Notes: generated by a model not told the origin, from the letters alone. Shown: positions 39,601-48,585, counted from the stretch's first letter. The stretch: 64,000 bases of DNA from Candidatus Woesearchaeota archaeon (GCA_016935985.1 JAFGPW010000005.1:46815-110814), one strand, 5' to 3'. Made by a program: numbers and translations.

Positions 39601-40230
39601 GTGGATGACCAGGTGCATGGGATCGATGTCGTCTGGAGGTATCCGCTCGAGTTCTACCGCGCGTGCGAGGAGATGAAGAACCCTTGGGACGTCGAGATCG
39701 AGCAGCTCGCCCGCCGCCTGCACACGCCGAAGGAGTATTACGACTACGGCTTCACCCACCCGACGACGGGCATGAACCAGGGCGTGCGCGTCTCCGCCTA
39801 CAAGACTCTGCCGTCGATGGAGGAGAAGCTGAAAGGACAGATGGAGCTCGCCGAGCGCATCCGGGCCGTGGATGCGAGCGACGTCGCCCGGCTCGTCATC
39901 GAGAAGCACTTCCTGAAGGACATCAAAGGCAACCTCCGCAAGTTCTCCATGCAGCAGTTCCGCTGCGTCGACTGCAACGAGAAGTACCGCAGGCCGCCGC
40001 TCGTCGGCAGGTGCACCGCCTGCGGGGGCAAGCTCCTCTTCACGATAGCGGAAGGGTCAGTGATCAAGTACCTGGAGCCGGCGATATCCCTCGCCGAGAC
40101 GTACCACGTCCCGCCGTACCTCATGCAGACGCTCGAACTCCTGAAGCGGATGATCGAGAGCAACTTCGGGAAGGACAAGGACCGTCAGGAGGGTCTCGGC
40201 AAGTGGTTCGGCGAGCAGGGCGCGGCATGA
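36661..40230 (+). CDS. polC: DNA polymerase D large subunit DP2
   Basis: AGPIRGAGGT, GGFRLRYGR, IGARMGRPEKAK, KDGTTRYD, LAPH, RRDCDGDE, C-terminal Zn finger and PIP box; no intein. Confidence 0.97.
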   Translation: MAKDEPDRTEQRITAYFREMERQVKEAHGIATAAKRKGYDPLREVDVKLAKNMAERVVGFISIVAPQLQDSGLTGRIQELEKQYGILAWEVALIIAEEVAKQKFCSFKDEREAMEVGIRTGFAYHTLGIVAAPLEGFIELHIKERADGGRYVAPFYAGPIRGAGGTAASVSVIITDYVRTKMGYGAYDPTEDEIRRYITEINDYHSHITNLQYHPSDAEIDFLVRHLPVEINGDPTEQFEVSNYKGLPRVETDRLRGGVCLVIAEGISQKAPKIWKRLSKWGKDFGLNWGFIEEFLSLQKKIKAQQRIEGKKDAGSKISPNYTYIKDLVAGRPVLTHPMADGGFRLRYGRSRISGFSAAAINPATTYLLNRYIATGTQLKVERPGKACSVVPNDYIEGPLVELADGTVKRIESESEAKEAAPNLVSILYLGDILFNYGDFSENGHVLAPAGYVEEWWVLDLEKAVVDLFGNLDTDKLADLLDIQKETLDRILDDPRARNVPPGLLIRVCGKLGIPLHPRLLYYWKGFPLDSMRQLYAAIGTAAIKTGQDGPEKIVIPYTQETKGLLGLLGVPHLLVAGENIVIGHDDTVALLHTLGIVTADDIPLRLASLPESSGAGLLAHLSAVSGTAIKDRAGTFIGARMGRPEKAKMRKLVGGPHALFPVGTEGGRLRSFQSALAAGKVTSDFPIYRCASCAQDTIYAVCESCGKETSRLFIAPDGTVTATRDDDSIPYRRTAIDINRHFKETLAMLRMKTFPDLIKGVRGTSNKDHVPEHLAKGILRAKHDVYVNKDGTTRYDMSEVPITHFRPVEIGTPVERLRELGYTHDLHGRELSDPNQIVEIMPQDVILPGSDSMFDESAARVLFRVANFVDDLLVGLYGLKPFYRLTSADDLVGHLIVGLAPHISAGMVGRIIGFSKTQGFFAHPLYHAALRRDCDGDEACVIMLMDCLVNFSRLYLPNNRGGRTMDAPLVLTSKLVPTEVDDQVHGIDVVWRYPLEFYRACEEMKNPWDVEIEQLARRLHTPKEYYDYGFTHPTTGMNQGVRVSAYKTLPSMEEKLKGQMELAERIRAVDASDVARLVIEKHFLKDIKGNLRKFSMQQFRCVDCNEKYRRPPLVGRCTACGGKLLFTIAEGSVIKYLEPAISLAETYHVPPYLMQTLELLKRMIESNFGKDKDRQEGLGKWFGEQGAA

Positions 40231-40236
40231 GGGGCC

Positions 40237-40512
40237 TTACCGCCTGATTTCGAACCCCCGGTACTGCTCGCCGCTATCACGCCGCTCGACCGCGACACCG
40301 TCGACCCTGGCGAGGAGGGGGCCCCTGCGTATCCCCACGATGAAGGCCCTGATATCCCTCTCGTCTCCCTGGCAGGCGATCTCGACCCTGCCGTCGCCGC
40401 GGTTGCGCACCCAGCCGCGGACACCGAGCCGGCCTGCCGCATGTCGGGCGAAGTACCTGAACCCGACGCCCTGGACCCTGCCCGAGACGACCAGCCGCTC
40501 TTCCGGTGCCAT
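40237..40512 (-). CDS. acyP: Acylphosphatase
   Basis: SGRVQGVGFR, GWVRNRGDGRVE, GP..ARV. Confidence 0.93.
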   Translation of the reverse strand: MAPEERLVVSGRVQGVGFRYFARHAAGRLGVRGWVRNRGDGRVEIACQGDERDIRAFIVGIRRGPLLARVDGVAVERRDSGEQYRGFEIRR

Positions 40513-40579
40513 CGGCCAGCCCCAGGCAATAACTATTTATATTAGTTTTCCCGGTGATGACCGGTAAAGAGGTGCCAGC

Positions 40580-40825
40580 ATGCCAACAATCCGCGCAGAG
40601 ACCCTTCTCATCATCAGGGAGGCGATCAAGCTCCTCGACCGGGTGAAGGAGAATCGGGCGACCAAGCGCGAGATCATCAGCCATCTCGAGCGGGTGATCA
40701 GGCTCGGCGTGAAGGAAGCCGAGCAGGAAGAGGTCATCTACGAGGATCTCGAGCGGGCTGAGGATGACATCAAGCGCGGCAAGGATCCCTTCTCCGAGCT
40801 CGATGACATCGGCAAGCAGCTCTAG
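40580..40825 (+). CDS. Small helical hypothetical protein
   Basis: GAGGTG SD, upstream TTTATATT, coding-like composition. Confidence 0.65.
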   Translation: MPTIRAETLLIIREAIKLLDRVKENRATKREIISHLERVIRLGVKEAEQEEVIYEDLERAEDDIKRGKDPFSELDDIGKQL

Positions 40826-41124
40826 GGATCCCCGGCGAGCATGACCTGGACGCACGGGACGCCCCTGACGGTCAGCACCGTGCCCTTCTCGACGAGGCCG
40901 GCATCGCGCGCGAGCCCGACGCATTCCTCCCCCACCAGGTTCACTATATAGGCCCGGGAGAGGAGCATCCTGAGCCGCTCGGCGTCGGCCTTCTTGCCGT
41001 GATAGAACGACGGCCGAACCTCGAGCACCCGTTCGCCCTCCTCATAGGTCTTCCCGAGGTGCCCCTCGTCGCATGCGGCGAGCATCATCCTGCCGCCCCC
41101 GGCGTCATGGGTCTTGTAGAACAT
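40822..41124 (-). CDS. DUF424 family protein
   Basis: LAACDEGHLGK...FYHG...IVNLVGEECV...GVP. Confidence 0.85.
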   Translation of the reverse strand: MFYKTHDAGGGRMMLAACDEGHLGKTYEEGERVLEVRPSFYHGKKADAERLRMLLSRAYIVNLVGEECVGLARDAGLVEKGTVLTVRGVPCVQVMLAGDP

Positions 41125-41141
41125 CGTGGGACCGTCAGATC

Positions 41142-41549
41142 TCAAATCTTGTTCCGCAACGCGCGCTTCGAGCCGCACGCCTGGCAGCGCATGAACAGGA
41201 AGCTGCCCTCCCTCAGCAGCTTGGTGTCGGGCTTGCCGCAGTCGGCGCACACGACATAGGCGTTCGCGTACTGGCGGACCTTGTCGTTGATGCGCGAAGC
41301 CGGTATCTTCGCCTGGAATATGGCCGCGTTCTTCTTCACGTCGGCCCGTGTCGCGAGCTCCTTCGTGATGAACTTGATGAGGTGGGGCAGCGGCCGATGC
41401 AGCGTATCAGCGATTTGGTGGATGTTGCTGATGATGGTCTTCGCACCCTGGAGCTGGCCGCGGACTTTCGGTATCTCGAACCGTTCCTTCCGCTTGATCG
41501 ATTCGGGCATGTTGTCCTGAGCCCTCTTGAGCATGGCTTCATACTCCAT
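41142..41549 (-). CDS. eif2b: Translation initiation factor aIF2 beta
   Basis: YEAMLKRA...ERFEIP, KTIISN, KELAT, YVVCADCGKPDT...CQACG. Confidence 0.93.
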   Translation of the reverse strand: MEYEAMLKRAQDNMPESIKRKERFEIPKVRGQLQGAKTIISNIHQIADTLHRPLPHLIKFITKELATRADVKKNAAIFQAKIPASRINDKVRQYANAYVVCADCGKPDTKLLREGSFLFMRCQACGSKRALRNKI

Positions 41550-41604
41550 GGTTGTGCGAGAACAAGGGACCATATATAAAGCTTTGGGCGCCTCTTGCGG
41601 GCGC

Positions 41605-42273
41605 TCACTCGAGCACCTTGAGGCGTCCGGGACGCACTTCGAAGACCTCCCCCTCTTCGAGGAGCTGGCGGATGGCACGCTCGGCGTCAGGGGAGCCCGC
41701 CTCGGTCGCGACGACGCCCGTCGGCGCGCCTTCGCCGGCATCATGCTTGCGCACCAGCTCGCACACCTTCTGGTAGATGTCGCCAGCGCCCGCATCATCG
41801 AACTCCTCGGCCTCAGGCGCCTGCGCCGCTGAAGGGGCTGTTGGCCGCGGTTCCCTCTTCGGCGTCCTGATCGCCGCGAGCCGCAGCTCGAGCAGCCGGG
41901 CATCCACCCAAGCGTAGTCATCGATCCGCTTCACGATCTCAGCCATGAGATAGCGCTCGCCGCCGTACTCGCGCGGACGGCCGATCACATTGATGACATC
42001 GCCCACCCCGAGCCCGGCGAACGCATCCTCGTCGCCGAAGCTCCTGACCGGAATCGTGCCTGAACGGTCGTCGATCACGGCCGAGCGCATCCGCTCCGGC
42101 ACGTCGCCGGAGAGGGATATGATGACGCCGAGGACGTTCGCCCGCGAGACGCTCTCGCCCGCCTCGGTCTCGACGCGGTTGGGCTCCCACCCCTCCTCAC
42201 GGACATACCTACCGGTGGCGAGCTCAGCTATCGTCATGTGCTTCGCCACCTGGCGCCTCCGCTGTTCAGGCAT
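41605..42273 (-). CDS. RPA32-like OB-fold ssDNA-binding protein with C-terminal wHTH
   Basis: SRANVLGVI, IDDRSGTIPVR, VIGRPREY...AEIV; LLEEGEVFEVRPG. Confidence 0.85.
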   Translation of the reverse strand: MPEQRRRQVAKHMTIAELATGRYVREEGWEPNRVETEAGESVSRANVLGVIISLSGDVPERMRSAVIDDRSGTIPVRSFGDEDAFAGLGVGDVINVIGRPREYGGERYLMAEIVKRIDDYAWVDARLLELRLAAIRTPKREPRPTAPSAAQAPEAEEFDDAGAGDIYQKVCELVRKHDAGEGAPTGVVATEAGSPDAERAIRQLLEEGEVFEVRPGRLKVLE

Positions 42274-42307
42274 CCGTCCTGTCCCCCAACCGTCCCTGAC
42301 GCGCGGG

Positions 42308-44323
42308 TCAGATCTTCTGGATGAACCCCTTCCTGGGCTCGAAGATGTCGCCGCTGCGCTTGAGCTTCTCGATGGATTCCTCGACCGCCTCCTCGCTCAT
42401 TCCGCGGTCGAGCGCGGCCTGCACGACGTCGGCCACCGGGATGGTCTTCCCCAGCATCCGCTCCATCTCGTTGATGATCTCCTTTATCCCCACGATCTTG
42501 CTCCGCTCCGAGGCCGATACCCCTGTCGAGATGCGGTCGATGTCGATCCTGCCTGTCTCGGGGTCGACCCCGACCGCCGCGAGGCAGGTCTGCAGCAGGT
42601 CGATCGCGCGCTTGGCGTCCTCACGCGACACCGTCCCTGAGAGCCGGATCTTCGCCGACGCCTCGGCGAGCCGCACGAGGGCTTCGAGCTGGCGCGCGGA
42701 GATAGGGATCGCCTTGATGTCGCCCTCGGTCGAGCCGCTCCCGCGCATCTTGACATAATAGTCCTTGAGCTCCCCGAGCGCTATGTCGGAGAGCCTCGGC
42801 TTGAGCTGCCGCGCGTACGCGAGGTACTTGCGCAGCGTCCTGGTGTCGATCTCAGCGCCGATCGAGTCGGGCTTCTGGTGCAACCGGAGTATGAACGAGG
42901 CCATCGACTCATCCTTGTCCTTGTCAGGCAGGTCGCGGATCGGGAAGATCAGGTCGAAGCGATTGATCAGCGTCGGCGGAAGGTCGATCTGCTCGGCGAT
43001 CATGCCATAGGGGTCGAACCTGCCGAACTTCGGATTGGCGGCGGCGAGCACTGTCGTCTCTGACCTGAGCGTCGCCTGGATGTTCGCCTTGGAGATCGTG
43101 ATCGTCTGCTGCTCGAGCGCCTCGTGCATCGCGCTCTGGTCCTCAGTGCTCATCTTGTCGAGCTCGTCGATCATGCAGATGCCCCTGTTCGCGAGGACCA
43201 AGGCCCCTGCCTCCAGGCTCCAGCCGGAGAGGAACTCGTCCTTGACGACCGCCGCCGTGAGGCCGGCCCCAGACGCGCCCTTGCCGCTGACGTACCGCGA
43301 CTTCGGCGCGACGACATCCATGCGCTTGAGCAGCTGCGATTTCCCCGACCCCGGATCGCCGATGAGGAGCACGTGCAGGTCGCCCCTGGTGACGACGCCG
43401 TCGCTGCGGGTCTTCCTGACGCCTGAGGCGAGCTGGAGGAGCAGCGCCTCCTTGATCTTGGTATGTCCGTAGATCGACGGCGCTATCGACGAGACGAGCC
43501 GGTCGATGAGCTTCGGGTCCCGGGAGATCTCCTTGATGGTCTCCAGCTCCTCCTCGGATATCTCGAGCGTCGAGAACTCCTCCTCCACCGGCTCGACATA
43601 GTTCGCCTCGATGAGCAGGTCGAACCGCGTCGACTGGCTGCCGGTCCTCGAGATGATCGGCACCTCCTTTATCACGCCGTTGATGAGGATCCTCGAGCCG
43701 GGGTTGGTCCGCTTCTCGGAGATGGGGCTGACGAGGTCCGCCTTGAGGAGGATGTTCATGCGCTTCGGCTGCTCGCCGCCCTCGAGGTCCTCAGGGGACT
43801 CCTCGAGGACGATGCCCTGCGCGTCGACGAGCTCCTTGTGCACCAGGCGGAACTTGCCCTTGCGGCCGCAGCCGCATCGGGTCGGCTCCTTGAACTTGGA
43901 GTCGAGCTGGAGCACCGAGATGATATTGCCGCAGGACGGGCACTCGAACTTGGCGGCGGTCACCTGCGGCCTGACGTCGCTCTTCTGGCGCACGATCCCG
44001 TCGACGGTGATGAAGCTGCCGATGTGGGTCGAGCGGATGTTCCTGATCAGCACCTTCTGCGATTCGGGCAGGTTCGTGAACCTGATGCGGAAGTTCTTGA
44101 GCTTCTCGGGAAGGTCGAAGTGCTCGGCTGCGATCTCGCATCCCCGGATTCCCTCATCAGGACGCTCGATGACGAGTTCGGCGAGCTCAGGGTTGTACCT
44201 GAGCAGGTCGGAGAAGTCGATGACCAGGAAAGCAAGGCCTTTGGAGATCGTGCTGAGCAGCTCGACCTTGTAGTTCGTCTCCAGGAACTCCTGGAAAGAT
44301 TGTATCTGCTCCGATGCATCCAT
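42308..44323 (-). CDS. mcm: MCM replicative helicase
   Basis: Zn finger, SIAPSIYG, GDPGSGKSQ, IDELDKM, AAANP, NRFDL, ARQLE. Confidence 0.97.
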   Translation of the reverse strand: MDASEQIQSFQEFLETNYKVELLSTISKGLAFLVIDFSDLLRYNPELAELVIERPDEGIRGCEIAAEHFDLPEKLKNFRIRFTNLPESQKVLIRNIRSTHIGSFITVDGIVRQKSDVRPQVTAAKFECPSCGNIISVLQLDSKFKEPTRCGCGRKGKFRLVHKELVDAQGIVLEESPEDLEGGEQPKRMNILLKADLVSPISEKRTNPGSRILINGVIKEVPIISRTGSQSTRFDLLIEANYVEPVEEEFSTLEISEEELETIKEISRDPKLIDRLVSSIAPSIYGHTKIKEALLLQLASGVRKTRSDGVVTRGDLHVLLIGDPGSGKSQLLKRMDVVAPKSRYVSGKGASGAGLTAAVVKDEFLSGWSLEAGALVLANRGICMIDELDKMSTEDQSAMHEALEQQTITISKANIQATLRSETTVLAAANPKFGRFDPYGMIAEQIDLPPTLINRFDLIFPIRDLPDKDKDESMASFILRLHQKPDSIGAEIDTRTLRKYLAYARQLKPRLSDIALGELKDYYVKMRGSGSTEGDIKAIPISARQLEALVRLAEASAKIRLSGTVSREDAKRAIDLLQTCLAAVGVDPETGRIDIDRISTGVSASERSKIVGIKEIINEMERMLGKTIPVADVVQAALDRGMSEEAVEESIEKLKRSGDIFEPRKGFIQKI

Positions 44324-44378
44324 GGTCGGTCCTCGAGCCTTGCCAGTAGTGCGATACGTTTATATGCGGCGAAGGCAG

Positions 44379-44921
44379 TTACTTGACGACCTTCTTGAGA
44401 TTCTCGACGAGTATATCGAGGGCCTCGTTCACCGCAGTCTCGGACTTGGTGCCGGTGCACACGACCTTCCCGTTCGAGAAGAGCAGGAACGTCGCTTTCG
44501 CCGCAGGCAGCTTGTACACGAGCCCCGGGAACTGCTCAGGCTCGTACTCAGTGTTCTCGAGCTTCATCGCGAGCACGTTGAGGTTCAGGTCCATGCCGAT
44601 CGTGCCTGAGGCGACGATGTTCTGGATCTTGATCTCCGGCTCGATGGTGATCTTGATGCCGATCTTCTCGAGGCTCTTGATGATCTTCTTGATGCTCAAG
44701 CGCACATTGTCCATGGTCCGCGCGCCGGTGCACACGATCTTGCCCGACGAGAAGATCAGCGCCGAGGTCTTAGGGTCCTTGATCCTGATGACGAGCCCCG
44801 GGAACTGCTCGGGATTGTACTCGGTGTTCGAGAGCGTCGCCGCCATCTTCTCGAGCGGGATATCATGCTCAAGCGACGTCGAGACGACGATATTCACCAC
44901 TTGGATATCACGTTTTGCCAT
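44379..44921 (-). CDS. tbp: TATA-binding protein
   Basis: Two repeats of NIV..YxPEQFPGLV..LIFSSGKIVCTG. Confidence 0.97.
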   Translation of the reverse strand: MAKRDIQVVNIVVSTSLEHDIPLEKMAATLSNTEYNPEQFPGLVIRIKDPKTSALIFSSGKIVCTGARTMDNVRLSIKKIIKSLEKIGIKITIEPEIKIQNIVASGTIGMDLNLNVLAMKLENTEYEPEQFPGLVYKLPAAKATFLLFSNGKVVCTGTKSETAVNEALDILVENLKKVVK

Positions 44922-45052
44922 TGCGAAAGCACCCCCTTGCTAGCAACCGTAATGAAATTGTTGTGGTTGTTTATAAGGGGATATTTAAATCATATATAAA
45001 TACTTTTATTTTGCAACCGCTGTGTCCTGATGCGTAGGTTCTGCACTGCATG

Positions 45053-45155
45053 CCTCCATCATTTCCGCTGGAAATAGCCTGCCAGGCTCTCCTGCAGCTG
45101 TTTGAGGGCTCCCTGCCAATTTATATATCTTACCCTCCTCCATTTCCAGTGGAAG
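45053..45155 (-). promoter_or_regulatory. Two ORB-like Orc1/Cdc6 binding elements
   Basis: Minus strand: TTTCCAGCGGAAATGATGGAGG and CTTCCACTGGAAATGGAGGAGG. Confidence 0.65.
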
Positions 45156-45227
45156 CCCATCAGCATCAGCATTCCACGAGTATAACCAGTAGCGCCCTGT
45201 GGTCAGGAAGGGTTTCCCTGCAACATC

Positions 45228-45247
45228 TTTTCAATATTGAAATAAAT
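45228..45247 (+). promoter_or_regulatory. Palindromic motif copy 2 (TTTTCAATATTGAAATAAAT)
   Basis: Perfect 14-bp palindrome 45229-45242 upstream of the TATA box of the isc operon. Confidence 0.6.
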
Positions 45248-45291
45248 ATAATCACAGCCTTCACCCGACCTGCGTAACCTTTATATATTAT

Positions 45292-45305
45292 TTAACTATC
45301 GTTAA
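45292..45305. promoter_or_regulatory. Putative operator TTAAC-N4-GTTAA
   Basis: Inverted repeat between the TATA box (45280) and the regulator start, a repressor-type position. Confidence 0.4.
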
Positions 45306-45326
45306 CACGCCGTCCGAGGTGATCGC

Positions 45327-45680
45327 ATGGTCGAAATGCCCCAAGAGATCGAGGTGTGGTATGTCATCCCTACAATCAGGCGCGAGCTCTCGAAGAACAT
45401 GAAGGCGAGCGGCCTCACGCAGCGCAGGATCGCCCGGCTCCTCGGCATCACCGAGGCGGCGGTCTCGCAGTACCTCAAGCACAAGCGCGCGAAGGGGATC
45501 GAGTTCGGCGACAGCCTGAAAGAGCACATCGCCGCTTCGGCGAAGGCGATCCTCGGCGGCGCCGACCCGCTCTCCGAGATCCAGCGGATCTGCGGCCGCA
45601 TCAGGAAGAACAAGACACTCTGCGAGATCCACCGCAAGTACTCGAAGGTGCCGCGCAACTGCGAGGTGTGCTTCCAATGA
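45327..45680 (+). CDS. HTH transcription regulator with C-terminal Cys/His cluster
   Basis: PQEIEVWYVIPTIRREL...LTQRRIARLLGITEAAVSQYL; C...LCEIH...CEVC. Confidence 0.85.
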   Translation: MVEMPQEIEVWYVIPTIRRELSKNMKASGLTQRRIARLLGITEAAVSQYLKHKRAKGIEFGDSLKEHIAASAKAILGGADPLSEIQRICGRIRKNKTLCEIHRKYSKVPRNCEVCFQ

Positions 45681-46879
45681 GGGCCTACCTCGACAACGCG
45701 GCGACGACACGGGTCGCTCCCGAGGTCATCGAGCGGATGGGCATCTTCTTCTCGACGGCGTACGCGAACGCGTCGTCCCTGCACGCGCAAGGGATGGAAG
45801 CGAAGCGGGCGCTCGACGAGGCGCGCGCAGCGATCGCCGCGATGATCAACGCCTCGCCCGAGGAGATCATCTTCACGGGCGGCGGATCGGAGTCGAACAA
45901 CCTCGCGCTCAAGGGCGTCGCTTTCCTGCAGAAGGAAAAAAGGCATATCATCACCAGCGCGATAGAGCACCCGTCGATCCTCGGCACCTGCGCCTTCCTC
46001 GAGAAGCAGGGCTTCTCGGTCACCTATCTCCCGGTCGGCCGCGAGGGCTTCGTCAGCGCCGGGGATGTCGAGAGTGCGATCACGGATCAGACCGCGCTCG
46101 TCTCGATCATGCACGCGAACAACGAGATCGGAACCATCCAGGACCTCGACCGCATCGGGAAGGCATGCGCGGCGAAAGGCGTGCCGTTCCACACCGACGC
46201 CGTCCAGAGCTTCACGAAAGCGCCAATCGACGTCACGCGCATGGGCCTCTCGCTCGTATCGCTCGCCTCGCACAAGATCCACGGGCCGAAAGGCGTCGGC
46301 GCGCTCTATGTCAGGAAAGGGATGCGGCTCCAGAAGCAGATCCACGGCGGGCATCAGGAGAACGACAGGCGGGCAGGCACCGAGAACCTGCCGGGAATCG
46401 CCGGCTTCGCGCACGCGGCGTCCCTCCAGACGCCCGAGCACATCACGAAGATGGCGGAGCTCCGGGACTACACTATCACCGAGATCGAGCGGCGCATCCC
46501 CGACGTGATCGTGAACGGCAGCAGGGCGCGGCGCCTGTGCAACAACGTGAATGTCATATTCAAGTACATCGAGGGCGAGGCGCTCCTCTTCACCCTCAGC
46601 CAGAAGGGCATCGCGATTTCCACCGGATCGGCCTGCTCCTCGCGGTCGCTCCGGCCGAGCCATGTCCTGCGGGCGATCGGCCTCCCCCACGAGGTCGCCC
46701 ACGGCTCCTGCAGGGTCAGCATCTCGCGCTACACGACGAAGCAGGAGATTGACTATTTCCTTGACACCGTGACGGCGGTGGTCGCGCAGCTGCGCGAGGT
46801 GTCGCCGTTCACGAAGATGGGCAAGTATGAGGCCTACACCGACGATGACCATACTCACGAAGGACATCCTGCTGCATGA
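45677..46879 (+). CDS. iscS: Cysteine desulfurase (IscS/NifS)
   Basis: YLDNAATT, HANNEIG, HTDAVQ, SHKIHGPKG, STGSACSS. Confidence 0.96.
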   Translation: MRAYLDNAATTRVAPEVIERMGIFFSTAYANASSLHAQGMEAKRALDEARAAIAAMINASPEEIIFTGGGSESNNLALKGVAFLQKEKRHIITSAIEHPSILGTCAFLEKQGFSVTYLPVGREGFVSAGDVESAITDQTALVSIMHANNEIGTIQDLDRIGKACAAKGVPFHTDAVQSFTKAPIDVTRMGLSLVSLASHKIHGPKGVGALYVRKGMRLQKQIHGGHQENDRRAGTENLPGIAGFAHAASLQTPEHITKMAELRDYTITEIERRIPDVIVNGSRARRLCNNVNVIFKYIEGEALLFTLSQKGIAISTGSACSSRSLRPSHVLRAIGLPHEVAHGSCRVSISRYTTKQEIDYFLDTVTAVVAQLREVSPFTKMGKYEAYTDDDHTHEGHPAA

Positions 46880-47354
46880 GATCGCCGAGGGCCACCTCAG
46901 GATCGAGCCGTTCGACCCCGAGCAGGTCGGTCCCGGCTCGATCGACCTCACCCTCTCGAGGGACTTCCGGGTCTTCGAGGAGGGGAAGACCATCAGCGTG
47001 ACCGACACGATCGACTACCGGGCGTACACCCGGCCCGTCCATGTCGAGGACTACATCGAGATCCTGCCCGGCCAGACAGTGCTCGGCATGACGCGCGAGC
47101 GCATCTTCATGCCCCGTGACCTTGTCGGCTGGCTCGAGGGGCGCAGCAGGTTCGCGCGCATCGGCCTGCTCATCCATGTGAGCAGCAACTTCGTGCACCC
47201 CGGGGTCGAGAACCGCCAGGTGCTCGAGATCAGGAACGTGTCGCCGAACCGGCTGCGGCTCTTCCCCGGGACGCGCATCTGCCAGCTGGTGGTGGAGCGT
47301 GCGGAGGGCGAGGCCTCGTACGAGGACCAGTTCAAGGAGCAGACCGACCTCTAG
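46845..47354 (+). CDS. dcd: dCTP deaminase
   Basis: PGSIDLTL, LEGRSRFARIGL, VHPG, VLEIRN, PGTRICQL. Confidence 0.88.
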   Translation: MTILTKDILLHEIAEGHLRIEPFDPEQVGPGSIDLTLSRDFRVFEEGKTISVTDTIDYRAYTRPVHVEDYIEILPGQTVLGMTRERIFMPRDLVGWLEGRSRFARIGLLIHVSSNFVHPGVENRQVLEIRNVSPNRLRLFPGTRICQLVVERAEGEASYEDQFKEQTDL

Positions 47355-47360
47355 AGGTGC

Positions 47361-47747
47361 ATGATCATGTATTCCAGGAAAGTCATGGAGCATTTCGCGA
47401 GCCCCCACAACGTGGGCGAGATCCCCGACGCTGACGGTGTCGGCAAGGTGGGGAACCCCGTCTGCGGGGACGTCATGTTCGTCTACATCAAGGTCAAGGA
47501 CGGCCGGCTCGAGGATGTCAGGTTCAAGACCTTCGGCTGCGTCTCGGCGATCGCCACGAGCTCGATGGTCACCGACCTCGCGAAGGGGAAGACGCTTGCC
47601 GAGGCTGAGAGGATCACCCGCGATGACGTGGCGGATGCCCTCGAGGGCCTGCCCCCTATCAAGATGCACTGCTCGAACCTCGCGGCTGACGCGCTCCATG
47701 CCGCGATCGAGGACTACAAGAAGAAAAGAAAAGGGTCGGCAGGCTAG
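47361..47747 (+). CDS. iscU: Fe-S scaffold IscU/NifU
   Basis: HFASPHNVG, GNPVCGD, FKTFGC, LPPIKMHCS. Confidence 0.95.
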   Translation: MIMYSRKVMEHFASPHNVGEIPDADGVGKVGNPVCGDVMFVYIKVKDGRLEDVRFKTFGCVSAIATSSMVTDLAKGKTLAEAERITRDDVADALEGLPPIKMHCSNLAADALHAAIEDYKKKRKGSAG

Positions 47748-48091
47748 CCGCCGTTGAGCTCCCTCGGCCTGAAACCGGCGAGGTCGTAGTCGAAGATCTC
47801 ATAGAAGTCCCCGATCTCGCCGCCCTCCTCCTCGATCGTCGCGGCGACCTCCTTGCAGTAGCAATGGGCGCAGACCCTCATCTCCCTGCCGCAGATGACG
47901 CACGAGGAGCCCTCATGGGCAAAGCCGGTGAAGATTCGCGTGGTCTTCTTGATCAGGGGGATCAGCTTCGAGGATCTCCCCTGCAGCCAGTGGACCATCT
48001 CGGCCTCTAGGCAGTGGATGCACACCGGGTTGGTTATCGCCTCGTTGCAGACGAGGCACTGTCCCTCGAGTTCTGCACTCATCTCATTCAC
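47744..48091 (-). CDS. Small Cys-rich, probably Zn-binding protein
   Basis: Four CxxC pairs (CLVC, CIHC, CVIC, CAHC); GAGGTG SD. Confidence 0.7.
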   Translation of the reverse strand: MNEMSAELEGQCLVCNEAITNPVCIHCLEAEMVHWLQGRSSKLIPLIKKTTRIFTGFAHEGSSCVICGREMRVCAHCYCKEVAATIEEEGGEIGDFYEIFDYDLAGFRPRELNGG

Positions 48092-48388
48092 CTCTCGGTT
48101 TCCTGTGCAGGTCCCGCGTCGACGCGTCCGGAGAAAACCAGAACCGCCGCCACAGAACCCGCGAACGTTCGCGACGGTTCTCAGCAGCGCTTGATGGTCA
48201 TGACGGAAAACAGAATGACAGCCGGCGACCTATGCAGCGAGAACCATCGATACGAATCCCTCGCGCCGGTTGTCCTGTCCATTGCTCCATCCTGCGGACG
48301 GACTACTATAAATAACTTTGCCTGTTAACCTGGAATGAGGTTCCGGTCCTGCGGAAGGTTAAAATAGTGCCGGACCTCCCGGCGCTGC

Positions 48389-48583
48389 ATGATCGTCTAC
48401 CTCGAGAGCACGGAAGAGGAGAAGCGCATCAGCTTTTCCGGAACGGTGAAGATGCTGCTCGCCGAGCTCCGCATCAACCCGCACACCGTGCTCGTCGCGC
48501 GCTACGGGCAGCTCCTTGTCGACGACGACACGGTCTCTGACACCGACAGGATCGAGATTCTCTCCGTCATCTCAGGTGGCTAG
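48389..48583 (+). CDS. Ubiquitin-like sulfur carrier (ThiS/MoaD/SAMP)
   Basis: 64 aa, beta-grasp pattern, C-terminal ISGG; adjacent to ncsA. Confidence 0.9.
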   Translation: MIVYLESTEEEKRISFSGTVKMLLAELRINPHTVLVARYGQLLVDDDTVSDTDRIEILSVISGG

Positions 48584-48585
48584 CG

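Noticed and set aside
36661-44323. Inteins in DP2 or MCM
   Set aside because: Lengths are normal and motifs at the usual insertion sites are contiguous.
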